Below, one piece after another: positions 23,301-32,525 of a stretch of DNA of 64,000 nucleotides. The DNA lies in the IMG/VR virus record IMGVR_UViG_3300037418_003161, positions 44,420 through 108,419 of that record. One strand, given 5' to 3'. The first letter of the stretch is position 1, and each line of letters begins with the position of its first letter. This DNA comes from a virus. Taxonomy: Duplodnaviria > Heunggongvirae > Uroviricota > Caudoviricetes. Both the position numbers and the translations under genes were made by a program. The notes below the pieces were generated by a model. It saw only the letters and a list, made by a program, of their open reading frames with translations, was not told where the DNA came from and ran no database searches.

Positions 23301-25163
23301 TACTGAAGCCGTTACAGTTGGTGTTTTTGTAGTTGTTGGCGTTCGTGTAGGAGTAATAGTTGGCGTCTCACTGATGGTTGGTGTTATCGTACTTGTTGGG
23401 GTCGGTGTAGAGGTTAACGTATTCGTAGGTGTTACGGTATTTGTAGGAGTAACCGTATTAGTGGGTGTTAACGTATTCGTAGGTGTTACGGTATTTGTAG
23501 GAGTAACCGTTGATGTTGGTGTTGCAGTCGATGTAGATGTTTGTGTTGGGGTGACTGTACTGGTTGGAGTTGTTGTAGTGGTTGGCGTTACTGTACTTGT
23601 TGGTGTTACAGATGGAGTGACGGTCTCAGTAGGAGATGGAGTGACAGTCGAAGTTGGTGTTGCAGTCGATGTAGGTGTTTGCGTTGGTGTTTGCGTAGGG
23701 CTTTCTGTTGGTGATGGTGTTACTGTTGAGGTAGAAGTTGGGGTGTACGTAGGTGTGACCGTATTGGTGGGCGTAACCGTTGGTGTGGCAGTTGGTGTGG
23801 GGGTTGGCGTAGCACAAGGGCCTAAATTGTGAGCATCGTATTCCAGAGTGTCGTATACCAATAGTGAACCGCTTGCCACACACTCAAGCAGTTTTGGCGA
23901 ACCATTATCCACAATAATATCCATCCATTCTTGTAACACACAATCATAATAGCGCACTTTGGCATTTGCACCATCCAACACGGTAATCATCCACGCATTA
24001 CAAGTGGAAGAAATGGTGGCTGTAGGTGTGACTCCTACTTGCGTTCCCGATAGAGAGGGGGAAACCGTAGGGGTAATACTGTTCGTGGGTGTGGCGGTTG
24101 GGGTTCGAGTCGTAAAGGGCGTATGTGATAAGGAGGGTGACAAACTCACACTTGGTGTAACTGTATGGGTTGGAGTTTGTGAAGGCGTTTTGGTTTGGGT
24201 TGGCGTATGGGTTGGTGTGGCTGTTGGGGTGGTTGTATTGGTGGGTGTAACAACGGGAGTACTACTAAGTGAAGGTGTTGTTGAAATGGTTGGTGTGATA
24301 TAGATGTACTGTGACTGTGACGGTGTAAGAGTGATGGTTGGTGTGGGGGTTGGTGTGGGCTTAACCGCTGAGTCGATATATGCGATTTGAGAAAAAAAAA
24401 CACAGTTATCAGGACTGTCTCCTATTCGCATTCCCTTTGCTCCATCGTAGACATAATACGCATACGTGTTGGCGATTTTGTCAATTTCCAACAAATAGTA
24501 CCTGTCCTCCATTTGGTTAAAATTGGTGGCTACATTTTCTTTTCCTTTATTGAGGAAGGGGACAACCCTACCATTTTCTGCATTATAAAAGTTAGCCGTT
24601 ACATAGAACGTTGTTCCGGTGTATTGAGGGTTGTTTTGAAACCAAAACAAAAAGAAATTTTCTGTTCCTTCCATTAGATTTCCATGAAAGGATGGGATAT
24701 AAACCGATTCTCCAATATCATCATTGTAGACCTTATTCCCAAAAGGAACAGGATAGATTTTGGTGAATAGCAATTTTTGGGTTTCCGGGTTGGGTGAATC
24801 GTAATAATCTAACTTAAAGAAGGACTGAGCGTTCTCCTTGGTAATGGTAATGTTCTTGGTTTTCCCAAGTCCGGTAGGGGCATAGTCGTTAACCCAATCC
24901 TGTTGGGTTTCATCAAAAAAGTAAAAACAAAGATAAAGGTCGTTTTTGGTGTAGCTGCGGAGGCCGTCTGAATAGGTATAGGGTTTGTGATTAAGACGAA
25001 TGGTTTCGTAATCCCGTATGGGGTTTAGTATTTGCTTCAACGTCTCCCGGTCAATTCTTTGCAGCGCATCTTCTCTTCCCAAGGTGGGGGAGAACCCATG
25101 CTCGTTAAAAAATAACAGGTTTTGCGTTATATCTTTTTTTCTAAACCTTCTGTTAGCAGCCAT
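20331..25163 (-). CDS. 1610-aa virion-module protein: about 265-aa N domain, long PT tracts, Cys-containing C-terminal beta region
   Basis: Continuous ORF with PT tracts at about 22180-24360; start overlaps the end of the upstream gene. Confidence 0.8.
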   Translation of the reverse strand: MAANRRFRKKDITQNLLFFNEHGFSPTLGREDALQRIDRETLKQILNPIRDYETIRLNHKPYTYSDGLRSYTKNDLYLCFYFFDETQQDWVNDYAPTGLGKTKNITITKENAQSFFKLDYYDSPNPETQKLLFTKIYPVPFGNKVYNDDIGESVYIPSFHGNLMEGTENFFLFWFQNNPQYTGTTFYVTANFYNAENGRVVPFLNKGKENVATNFNQMEDRYYLLEIDKIANTYAYYVYDGAKGMRIGDSPDNCVFFSQIAYIDSAVKPTPTPTPTITLTPSQSQYIYITPTISTTPSLSSTPVVTPTNTTTPTATPTHTPTQTKTPSQTPTHTVTPSVSLSPSLSHTPFTTRTPTATPTNSITPTVSPSLSGTQVGVTPTATISSTCNAWMITVLDGANAKVRYYDCVLQEWMDIIVDNGSPKLLECVASGSLLVYDTLEYDAHNLGPCATPTPTPTATPTVTPTNTVTPTYTPTSTSTVTPSPTESPTQTPTQTPTSTATPTSTVTPSPTETVTPSVTPTSTVTPTTTTTPTSTVTPTQTSTSTATPTSTVTPTNTVTPTNTLTPTNTVTPTNTVTPTNTLTSTPTPTSTITPTISETPTITPTRTPTTTKTPTVTASVTPSVTATNTETPTNTPTNTVTPTNTATSTNTPTPTVTSTNTVTPTNTATSTNTPTQSATSTLTPTSTATPTTTNTPTPTVTPTNTATPSNTPTKTSTNTPTPTNTVTPTNTVTASNTPTQTATSTLTPTSTVTPTNTVTASNTPTVTSTATLTPTSTVTPSSSVTPTNTPTSTATPTNTVTPTQTSTSTVTPTNTVTPTNTVTASNTPTRTATSTVTPTSTVTPTNTVTATNTPTRTTTPTVTPTNTLTPTSTVTPSNTPTQTNTPTRTTTPTVTPTNTITPTNTSTPTFTPTASITPTRTATSTITPTNTATQTPTPSPVVYSFCVFVDPDPYVACYSYDGCVTPTPTVTTTNTATPTITPTNTLTPTETPVPIYTECVDCGLNMGVTGLTSSIAASTLTSRSGCTVGDYVVDWYLGSRTGTPQFTSGNRAGADVSVTVTHPFNSEPAQGGTWYPVIRFVYLNGVKYTAAVDYSASYSPDLMTCISSFSVTSLNCSTGNQTAQYPNSIVYSNATNSSTLAARSIRFDIDADHRYLAWNFQGNVVSDTIKISYVSPTSGTTTELAYWRVGQDIGFSSMTGSPQTYSAAAIKRITGFNDIPYSSGDYLRMDITPNSGNTNTDWSLSTKCLTSPQCEAIYSGATVRMVDTSSYTMSYNQSACAYELKYNRLYPTTATTTNNNFFLYDNYVAFGTNGLLNGEPNNTQVTLQLFSGKTTTTNTVSSFVTAFCTQQISGSTVSKSGNTITIVYDDIGDYNVMKNQFATASGRTQFFVTYSTDETSIQHYVYYDLGVIQADSCGDAATFTRSYSTHISSPPSFDDGTKTMTYVMVAPNNGMTAYSGLSCNDTYSAVQSNINTINTSINESNYSFRTKVRRGQDTLTWASIGGHWLGQSTTTETTKNFTYEPSIQPMSQVCDPVALGGWRLVDLGGVTGTRHSVYTVAERVVITNSADPINNFQVYRIVDAAGNLISNSANYILLYEISGGTVIYP

Positions 25164-26865
25164 TACGATACTTGTTGTTTGTAAACGGAGTAATCACTTT
25201 ATCCTTTTTTGAAAAATGGTATTCACTCCGTATGTAAAACGGTATGTGAAATTTAATATAATGCACACCATTTATAAAGGGATAATCCACACCAATTTTA
25301 TTATCATCGATAAAACCATGGGTATAGAGTTCTCTCCATCGCCAAACCTTATCCTTTAGGAAATAAATAGCATTTTTAGGAAAATTGTCAATGTCACTGG
25401 TAGTACTTTCTTCGATATATGAAGAATATTCCTTTAGTTTGATTCTAAAATGTGGTTTATAGAAATATCCAAACATATTATCACTTGAAGAATTGTGATA
25501 AACATCCTCATCATCCTGTTTGTGGTCGAAATACTCCTTAACAAAAGAAAACCGATGAGAAGCCTCTGAGATAATTCTTTCTTTTAGTTCATATTTGTTG
25601 TATTCAACGAATGCGCCGTCTAAGGTTGTTCCCGTTGTCAATTCGTTACCCGTATAAAACGTTTGTCCGTTGATGAATTTTTGGGTGTAGGTAAATCCGG
25701 TTTCCAAAGATGTTCCCCCGGAAAAATGGAGGTCAGCATAAGAATTATGAAAATTAAAGTCATACCCCACCTTGGGTTGGGTAAAATACCCCATGGCGTT
25801 ACGGTTAACCGTGGTGATATATATTTCATTAACGGCAACGTTGTAGTTGTTTGTGTAATTGAGTCGTTCTACCACTTTTTTGTAATGTAACAATAAGGTC
25901 TCTCCACGCTCTTTTTCTTTTAAGACCTCCTTTTCTCCGTCCGGGTTTTCAAATTCCAGCTTGGCTTGGTCTTCGAAAATGGAATTTTCAAATCCACACT
26001 TGTCCACGATAAAATCACTCATGGGAGAAATGATTTTATGTTTGTGGATATAATATTTTGATGTGGATTCCGACAGATTATTGGGGTCAATCACCCGCTT
26101 AAAGGTATGAATGCCGGGCGTGATGGATGAACCGCTAATTTGGGAAAGCTGTATATTAAATATCCGTTTTTCTGAACCGTAGGTCTCATCCCCAAGTGAA
26201 TCAATTTTGAGCAGCTTACCTTTGATTAAAACATACTCATTTTCTTGAAGTCCGTGGTCAACTGGTGATTCGCACACACAGATGCGTTGTCGGGTATTAA
26301 ATAATACCTTGACCGGGATGCCGTCACTTGCCGTGAATTCCAAGACAGTATCATCATCACTGGTGTATTTGAGCTTCTTGTTTTCATCTTTGTCAAAGAC
26401 ATAGGACAAATAGGTGTTCCAGTTAAACGTATGGGCGTTGATGGGGAAGACTTCAATGTGTTTGTTACCCACCACCTCGATTGTGGTGTTCCCACTTACT
26501 GGTTTGTCTCTTGTTACGTCATTTCGGATAAAAGCAAATTCATTGTAGGGTGGATACCCCCCATAGTTGCTGCTGTTGCTAATGAATGGCGAGGAGGTTA
26601 ACCACAGGGAATTTAAAAGTGGCTCATATTCGGTTGTTCCTGTGTAAGAATTGGAAAACATGGGAACAAGCTTCCCGTACAAGCGGTACTTTTCCGAAGC
26701 CTGTCGTTCTGTATTGAACAATTCGGCCAAATCTACCCGGATGTTTCTGTCAGCATCCACAAAATCCTTCCTGTCGGATTCAAAGAAAACCCGCTCGTTT
26801 TGGTCGGAACTGCTTGCACCAACATATTTTTTCTCCGGTACAATAATTTTGATTTCTTTATCCAT
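25153..26865 (-). CDS. Conserved virion-module protein (about 570 aa; track start 26892)
   Basis: Long ORF; ATG at 26865 (MDKEIK) overlaps the end of the upstream gene. Confidence 0.7.
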   Translation of the reverse strand: MDKEIKIIVPEKKYVGASSSDQNERVFFESDRKDFVDADRNIRVDLAELFNTERQASEKYRLYGKLVPMFSNSYTGTTEYEPLLNSLWLTSSPFISNSSNYGGYPPYNEFAFIRNDVTRDKPVSGNTTIEVVGNKHIEVFPINAHTFNWNTYLSYVFDKDENKKLKYTSDDDTVLEFTASDGIPVKVLFNTRQRICVCESPVDHGLQENEYVLIKGKLLKIDSLGDETYGSEKRIFNIQLSQISGSSITPGIHTFKRVIDPNNLSESTSKYYIHKHKIISPMSDFIVDKCGFENSIFEDQAKLEFENPDGEKEVLKEKERGETLLLHYKKVVERLNYTNNYNVAVNEIYITTVNRNAMGYFTQPKVGYDFNFHNSYADLHFSGGTSLETGFTYTQKFINGQTFYTGNELTTGTTLDGAFVEYNKYELKERIISEASHRFSFVKEYFDHKQDDEDVYHNSSSDNMFGYFYKPHFRIKLKEYSSYIEESTTSDIDNFPKNAIYFLKDKVWRWRELYTHGFIDDNKIGVDYPFINGVHYIKFHIPFYIRSEYHFSKKDKVITPFTNNKYRNGC

Positions 26866-29800
26866 TGTCTTTAAAAGCACCTTTATAACCAAAAGCCGTT
26901 ATGAATCTATCAAAGGCCGTCTTGCCGGGTCTGATTCCAAAGTAATACAGGAAAGGAGTAGAAAGTACCTGTAGATTCCCTCTATAATTATTGGCAGTTG
27001 GAGAAATAAAGACATCGCTTTCGTTGCGGCTGTAATCATAGGGGCCTGCCCACGCATTATTCTTCATGATGTACATCTTCCCGGTTAGTGGGTTGTCTAC
27101 CGTATTATTGGCATTGGCCGGGGTAACGTATAGAAATATCGTTCCTTCCGGGGCGTTCATGTTGTTGAACCTGTCGTTGGGATTGGTGGAAACAAAGTCA
27201 AATCGCTCCATGGCATCCACACCATTGATACGGAAATCCAACAGTTCGTGTTCCTTGGTCATTGGGTAGAGAATGTATTCTTCCGTTCCGTCCGGGAACA
27301 GGTAGTTGGTTTGTCTTTGGTACAAGCCTTTGTCTTGCCAAGAGTAGTTGTCTCCTTCAAATATCTGCCCGGAAAGTGGGTTGTTGTATGAACCACTGGA
27401 CAAAACCAAAATTCTTCTTCCGTACAACGGGGTGTATTTGACTAAATCATTAATGTTGGCGATGATGTAATCAAACTGAAAGTTAATGGAGTAGATGCGC
27501 TGAAGCTTTTCGGCTACAATCAAATCTTTTTTGAATTCTTGGTCATCAGAATTTTTGGCTGTACCAAAGCCTTCACCTTTTTTGTCCCACAAATAGAAAG
27601 GAACAACCTGAGAGGTTTCCCCCAAGAAATCCGGGTGGTTCAAACAGAGTCTTACCCTGCGTCCATTGTCGTCTAATTTAAAATCAATAGGGGTGGGGCC
27701 ATAGTTTAACTTGGTTGTACCTGTGGTGGTCATGTCCTTGAAATAGGCTGACGTATTGGGGTCATCCGGGTCAAGTAATTCACCTGAGTACATAAAATAC
27801 TTGGGGCTGTCCAAATCAAATTCTTCCACTCCGGCTTCACAATTGATGGATTCCAGTTGGATGATGTCTCCATCAAAAATTTTAACGCCACCGATTTGTC
27901 TATCAAAGAAGTCTTTGAGTTTAAGTTTAGAGTTGGTAATGTCCATCCGATAGTTGATGGCAAATTCAATAATTTCTTCAATATTTTGATAGGATGTTTG
28001 TCCAATGTCCCGGATGACAGAACAATTGGGGTCAACCCGTTTGTCTGTACAGATTTCTTCAATAAATTCATCCCTTGGCCCAAGGTCGGCAATGGTCGTT
28101 GGTCTGAGGATTTCTTTATATGACCGTCCGGCGTAGGTATTGTGTTGCCCAACAAAAGAATTGGTCTTTTTATCAAACGGTGTGGAACGGTAATAAAACG
28201 ACCCGGTAGGCGCATCATAATAGACCAGTTCATTTGGGTACTTAAAACTTCTGCCATTGATGATGGCATCAATAAAGTTACTCGCCCCTTTGCGGAACTT
28301 GAATTTAAAGGCATACAGCACCCCGGTTAGCCAGTTGTCTATAAAAGAGTGATTGACCACTCCCCCGCAAAAAGCGGTGGAAATCAGGTTGCGGTGATAC
28401 CATTCTTTTAAAATGGAGATGTTGTTACTCTTGCCCCGGATGGTGGGTACAATAATAACCACCCCATTACGGATTTCCGTATACCCGCTCTTGGTTTTCC
28501 GGGCATAGGTCTTTGTACCAATTTTAGAATAGTTAACCACATCGGGTAATCCAATGGCACTACTGGTTGCACCTACGGCAGCAATGATAGAATAATCGTT
28601 GACCGTGTAGGGTGCGGTGGCAATTACTCCTTGGCGATTGGTAGTGGCATCATAATCCCGTAGGGTGGAATTAAAGATTTTCTGGAATTGGGAGATGATG
28701 TCATTGGTGGCCACGTTCATTGAATAGGATAACACCACACCTACTCCTGTTGGTTGACCCAAGGTGTCCATCAGGTTGAACATCTCCACGTTGTTTTGTT
28801 GACCCAAGCCTACATTGAAATCATTCCATGTGGGGTCGTTGTAAGGGTCGATACCACCATAAAAGTTGATATTGATAACCCCACTTCCCACCCCCGGCGT
28901 ATTTCTGGTGATGGTCATCCCGTTGATGTAGTTGTATGCTTGCGTTACCAACTGTTTGTCAAGGTTGATGGTTATCTTGTCCCCGATGGGTTGAATGGCA
29001 GTGAAAATGGCAGCGTTGGTGAGGTTGTTGGAGGTGGCGAGGGTAATGGATTGCCCCCCAATGGTGTAAACGGTGGCTTCGGTTGAGCCAGTGGCGGTTA
29101 TTTTTTTACTACCCACCAATTTGATGTTATAATTTGCTGAAGGGTCAAGACCGCTAATTTCTATATAACGTTGGGTGTCAGAATAGGACACATACCGCAT
29201 AACTTCGGGTGGGTAAATGCCCCCACCATATGCAGACCCTGTTGAAACCACACTGTTATTTTGTACCTCAAGGCTCACTTGGGGAGAACCATAATCCGAG
29301 TCTTTTGTTGCCCACCAGTACCCATAATTGGGATGCAGGAGGTCTTCGTTATAAAACTTATCATAACGGTCACATCCTTCTTCAATGGTGAATTCTGGAA
29401 TCACAGGCATGTCATTGGTGAAGGAGCCTTGTAGGTCGTAGATTTCAAATTTAAATGTCTCTGCTGCAATTCCAATACCCTGTGTGTCTTCATACCTTGT
29501 TGAGAATTGGGGGTCAATTTCTGACCCTATTTCAACTGCGGTTTCAACATCGGGGAATTGGATATTCCACCTGTTATCATAAAAAGTAAAATAATTGCCG
29601 GGGTTGGATATTATTAGTACCGAAGAACTATCGACTGTCCCGGTCAGCGGCATTATTGCTATGGCATACCTGTTGGTCGGCCCTTCGTCCGGGATAAAAT
29701 TCAAAAATTGATTTTCCAGACCCCCAAGTTGCTGATAGGATAAAGGAGCGGCACTTGGACAGGTGGTGGAGTCGGGTGTTACCGTTCTAAAATTGCCACT

Positions 29801-31690
29801 TTCGAACCTAAGTTCCTTAATCCCCCCAAATCGCCAAACAACCAAAGAGGTGATGCCACTTGCAACCACACACCCATTTAGGTCATCGGCAGTAACATCT
29901 TGGTTAGTGGCTTCAATTTTATCCTGTCCACATTCTTCGCAAATGGGATAGACAGTAAGCGGTAATTCTACCTGTGAGGCTTCCTGCCATTTAGTGGCGG
30001 CATGTCGGAGTTGTTGGGAGAGTTTTTTAAGTGGCCAGAAATTAATGGCGTTTCCAATTGACCAAAGTGTGCCACCAACAATTTCCACAATTTTAATGTG
30101 AACCATCTTCACGATAAACTTAAAGAACAACAATACGGTAGCTAAAATCAATTGAAAGTTGATGCGGTTGCGGTAGCCAAAATTAACGGGTAGTTTGTTG
30201 GCTGAGGTATCGCAGTCTTGGTCGTCGTTTGGTAGGATTTCTTTTATACCAATAAAGGCATCACGGTGATGACCCTCAAAGTGCGTTCCATGAAAAGAAG
30301 ACACACCATATACTTTGTTGTAGGTGAATTTGAAAAAATAATCTTCCGGGATGCCACTGTTGCCCTTTCCCAAAATTAAGTCCCGGATTTGGTCGTTTTG
30401 GTGCAACACCGTACCCTTTTCATTTTTGTAGCGGAAGTAGTCATCAAAATCGTCTGAAAACACATAAGAGAGTTGGGTGTCTTTGTCGGCCTCATTTAAT
30501 TTACCATCGCTTCGGTTGTTAAATTCCCGGATATTGGGGACGAGGTAATACCCGACTTCCATTTTGGGATTATCAAAGTCAAAACCTATTCGAAAGCGAT
30601 AGATGGCCGAAGTAGCTACCCCCCGGTTGGGGTCGTTGGTAAACTCTTCGTCTCCAAACTCGTTGGTGATAACATATTCCATATTCATTGGAATGGTACA
30701 CATCCACGTTCCGTTTTCATCAATCCTGTCCAATACGACCTTTTCCAGTTCCGGGTAATAGTTCCCATCGTGGTCTTTATATTTTCGTCCGGTAAACCGT
30801 ATGGCTTCCACATCTCCTTCATAGGTTTCCAGTTTACACTTAAAACCTTGTCTTTTTTTAGGTTTGCCGTTTTTGTTAACCGCTAATTTCCCGGCATCTG
30901 TTACCAGTGAACCTACAAACAGGGCTGAAGGTTGGAGGGAGATACCCAACTCCGAAAAATCAAAATCGGTTCTTGTAATTCCAATCTGGCAGAGGTCTTC
31001 GTTACCCCAAAACGGTACAACTTCAATGGATTTGTCAAACTTGATAATCTGTGGCAACGAATCCATATCAATTGCTGATTTGTATTTAAACCCGTTTTCA
31101 AATTGCCCCTTTTGTGCAACTCCTTGCTGCATAAGGTCATAGGGTCTTACGGAAAAACAACCAATATCGCTCAAATCCACATCTACGTGGATGGTATGTG
31201 TACCGACAGGCACACCCCATATCATAAAATCTCCGGCAGCGTTGGTCTTTGCAGTATACTTGTAATATTTTTCATAAATCTCCAAAACCTCTTCCCGGTA
31301 CAGTACGTCCTGTTTGTCGGGAAACGTACCAGTTGGAGCATGGCCGGAGTGGGATTTTCGATAGGGAAGTAAGTTGTAGCGATAACCGTCTTCGTTTCTA
31401 TCCACCGTACTTTTATAAGGATATAAAGTGGAAATAATTGGGTCATCGACATCCTCATCGGCAAGCGGCACAAAGATGGATACCCTTGCATTGGGAATCC
31501 CAAAACCGTGATTACTGCTCACACGTCCAACAACCACACCGTAGTCGGCACACATTCTTGTGTATACTTCAGCCTGAGAAAATTTAAGAGAAAGAATTTC
31601 GAGCAAGTCAACGTCCTGCTCCAATTTTACAGTAATATTGTTGCTCTCACCTCCAACGGTTGTTCTGATACGATAGCTTCTTGAAGACAT
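26858..31690 (-). CDS. 1610-aa virion-module protein with N-terminal carboxypeptidase-regulatory-like beta domain, a hydrophobic segment and an inserted permuted domain
   Basis: GVVVGRV..GIPNARVSIF..TNAAGDFMIWGVPVGTHTI; hydrophobic LILATVLLFFKFIV; TATTTAT 4 nt upstream of the ATG. Confidence 0.75.
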   Translation of the reverse strand: MSSRSYRIRTTVGGESNNITVKLEQDVDLLEILSLKFSQAEVYTRMCADYGVVVGRVSSNHGFGIPNARVSIFVPLADEDVDDPIISTLYPYKSTVDRNEDGYRYNLLPYRKSHSGHAPTGTFPDKQDVLYREEVLEIYEKYYKYTAKTNAAGDFMIWGVPVGTHTIHVDVDLSDIGCFSVRPYDLMQQGVAQKGQFENGFKYKSAIDMDSLPQIIKFDKSIEVVPFWGNEDLCQIGITRTDFDFSELGISLQPSALFVGSLVTDAGKLAVNKNGKPKKRQGFKCKLETYEGDVEAIRFTGRKYKDHDGNYYPELEKVVLDRIDENGTWMCTIPMNMEYVITNEFGDEEFTNDPNRGVATSAIYRFRIGFDFDNPKMEVGYYLVPNIREFNNRSDGKLNEADKDTQLSYVFSDDFDDYFRYKNEKGTVLHQNDQIRDLILGKGNSGIPEDYFFKFTYNKVYGVSSFHGTHFEGHHRDAFIGIKEILPNDDQDCDTSANKLPVNFGYRNRINFQLILATVLLFFKFIVKMVHIKIVEIVGGTLWSIGNAINFWPLKKLSQQLRHAATKWQEASQVELPLTVYPICEECGQDKIEATNQDVTADDLNGCVVASGITSLVVWRFGGIKELRFESGNFRTVTPDSTTCPSAAPLSYQQLGGLENQFLNFIPDEGPTNRYAIAIMPLTGTVDSSSVLIISNPGNYFTFYDNRWNIQFPDVETAVEIGSEIDPQFSTRYEDTQGIGIAAETFKFEIYDLQGSFTNDMPVIPEFTIEEGCDRYDKFYNEDLLHPNYGYWWATKDSDYGSPQVSLEVQNNSVVSTGSAYGGGIYPPEVMRYVSYSDTQRYIEISGLDPSANYNIKLVGSKKITATGSTEATVYTIGGQSITLATSNNLTNAAIFTAIQPIGDKITINLDKQLVTQAYNYINGMTITRNTPGVGSGVININFYGGIDPYNDPTWNDFNVGLGQQNNVEMFNLMDTLGQPTGVGVVLSYSMNVATNDIISQFQKIFNSTLRDYDATTNRQGVIATAPYTVNDYSIIAAVGATSSAIGLPDVVNYSKIGTKTYARKTKSGYTEIRNGVVIIVPTIRGKSNNISILKEWYHRNLISTAFCGGVVNHSFIDNWLTGVLYAFKFKFRKGASNFIDAIINGRSFKYPNELVYYDAPTGSFYYRSTPFDKKTNSFVGQHNTYAGRSYKEILRPTTIADLGPRDEFIEEICTDKRVDPNCSVIRDIGQTSYQNIEEIIEFAINYRMDITNSKLKLKDFFDRQIGGVKIFDGDIIQLESINCEAGVEEFDLDSPKYFMYSGELLDPDDPNTSAYFKDMTTTGTTKLNYGPTPIDFKLDDNGRRVRLCLNHPDFLGETSQVVPFYLWDKKGEGFGTAKNSDDQEFKKDLIVAEKLQRIYSINFQFDYIIANINDLVKYTPLYGRRILVLSSGSYNNPLSGQIFEGDNYSWQDKGLYQRQTNYLFPDGTEEYILYPMTKEHELLDFRINGVDAMERFDFVSTNPNDRFNNMNAPEGTIFLYVTPANANNTVDNPLTGKMYIMKNNAWAGPYDYSRNESDVFISPTANNYRGNLQVLSTPFLYYFGIRPGKTAFDRFITAFGYKGAFKDNG

Positions 31691-31745
31691 ATTGATAAAT
31701 ACTTATCCTCCCAAAACGTAAATGAAAACCGGGGAAGAGTAAAGC

Positions 31746-32129
31746 CTATTGTAAGGTTGTGAGGTCTACTTTCCAATCTACTGTTTTAAACAATATAATA
31801 ATGTTTTTCTCCACCCCTAAATAATCAATTATCTGAGACCTGATTATATTAGACACTTTATCTTTTACATTATTTGCATCCAAGTGTACAAGTTGAATTG
31901 GTATTTCATATACGTCTGAACACTTTATTAAGCCTTTGAAGTATCCTTCTAAAATAATCCTACCGTATTTTGCCTCTACATTGGTAATAATGATTTCCCA
32001 TAATACATTATTACCTTCTTCTCCATAGTTAGGAAATTCCCCTTTCTGTATCTCTCCAACATACAACTTGGTTAGAGGTCTTATATACCTCTCAAGATTG
32101 GTGTCTTCAAATAATGGTAAAAGCTTCAT
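31746..32129 (-). CDS. Small hypothetical protein (MKLLPLFE), paralogue of the neighbouring gene
   Basis: AT-rich ORF ending in TAG; N terminus nearly identical to 32133..32525. Confidence 0.7.
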   Translation of the reverse strand: MKLLPLFEDTNLERYIRPLTKLYVGEIQKGEFPNYGEEGNNVLWEIIITNVEAKYGRIILEGYFKGLIKCSDVYEIPIQLVHLDANNVKDKVSNIIRSQIIDYLGVEKNIIILFKTVDWKVDLTTLQ

Positions 32130-32132
32130 AGT

Positions 32133-32525
32133 TTATATAATATTAAGATTGATGATTAAACCGTATTTCTTTTTACCCAACCCAAAATAGTCGTAGAGAA
32201 TGTCTCTTATTTCTTCTTTAATATCATAATCTGCATTGCGATTGAAATATATATAATCGTTTGGGCTGTCCTTTATTGATTTCTTCTTAGATTCTGAATA
32301 ACCACTAATATTTACATTAACTTTCATTTTATCTGTTGTAAAATCCACATCCACAATAATTGCTTCATAAGCTACGTGACCGAGTGTTTTGTGATTACCA
32401 AAATAAATAGAACCTCTAAATTGCTTACCAACAAGTAATTTTCGAATGTGTTTTTCTAATTTCAAAAAATCAACTGGTTCGAAATCTGCTGATTTTATGT
32501 TTTCAAACAACGGATAAAGCTTCAT
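32133..32525 (-). CDS. Small hypothetical protein (MKLYPLFE)
   Basis: TAATG-coupled to the gp6-like gene. Confidence 0.7.
   Translation of the reverse strand: MKLYPLFENIKSADFEPVDFLKLEKHIRKLLVGKQFRGSIYFGNHKTLGHVAYEAIIVDVDFTTDKMKVNVNISGYSESKKKSIKDSPNDYIYFNRNADYDIKEEIRDILYDYFGLGKKKYGLIINLNII

Noticed and set aside
23905-23913. Single TTATCCACA DnaA box
   Set aside because: Isolated, inside a structural gene; about one chance hit is expected in 64 kb.
16095-24360. Repeats as a CRISPR array or DGR template/variable pair
   Set aside because: Degenerate coding repeats without constant repeat-spacer structure; no cas or reverse transcriptase gene; no adenine-specific mismatch pattern noticed.
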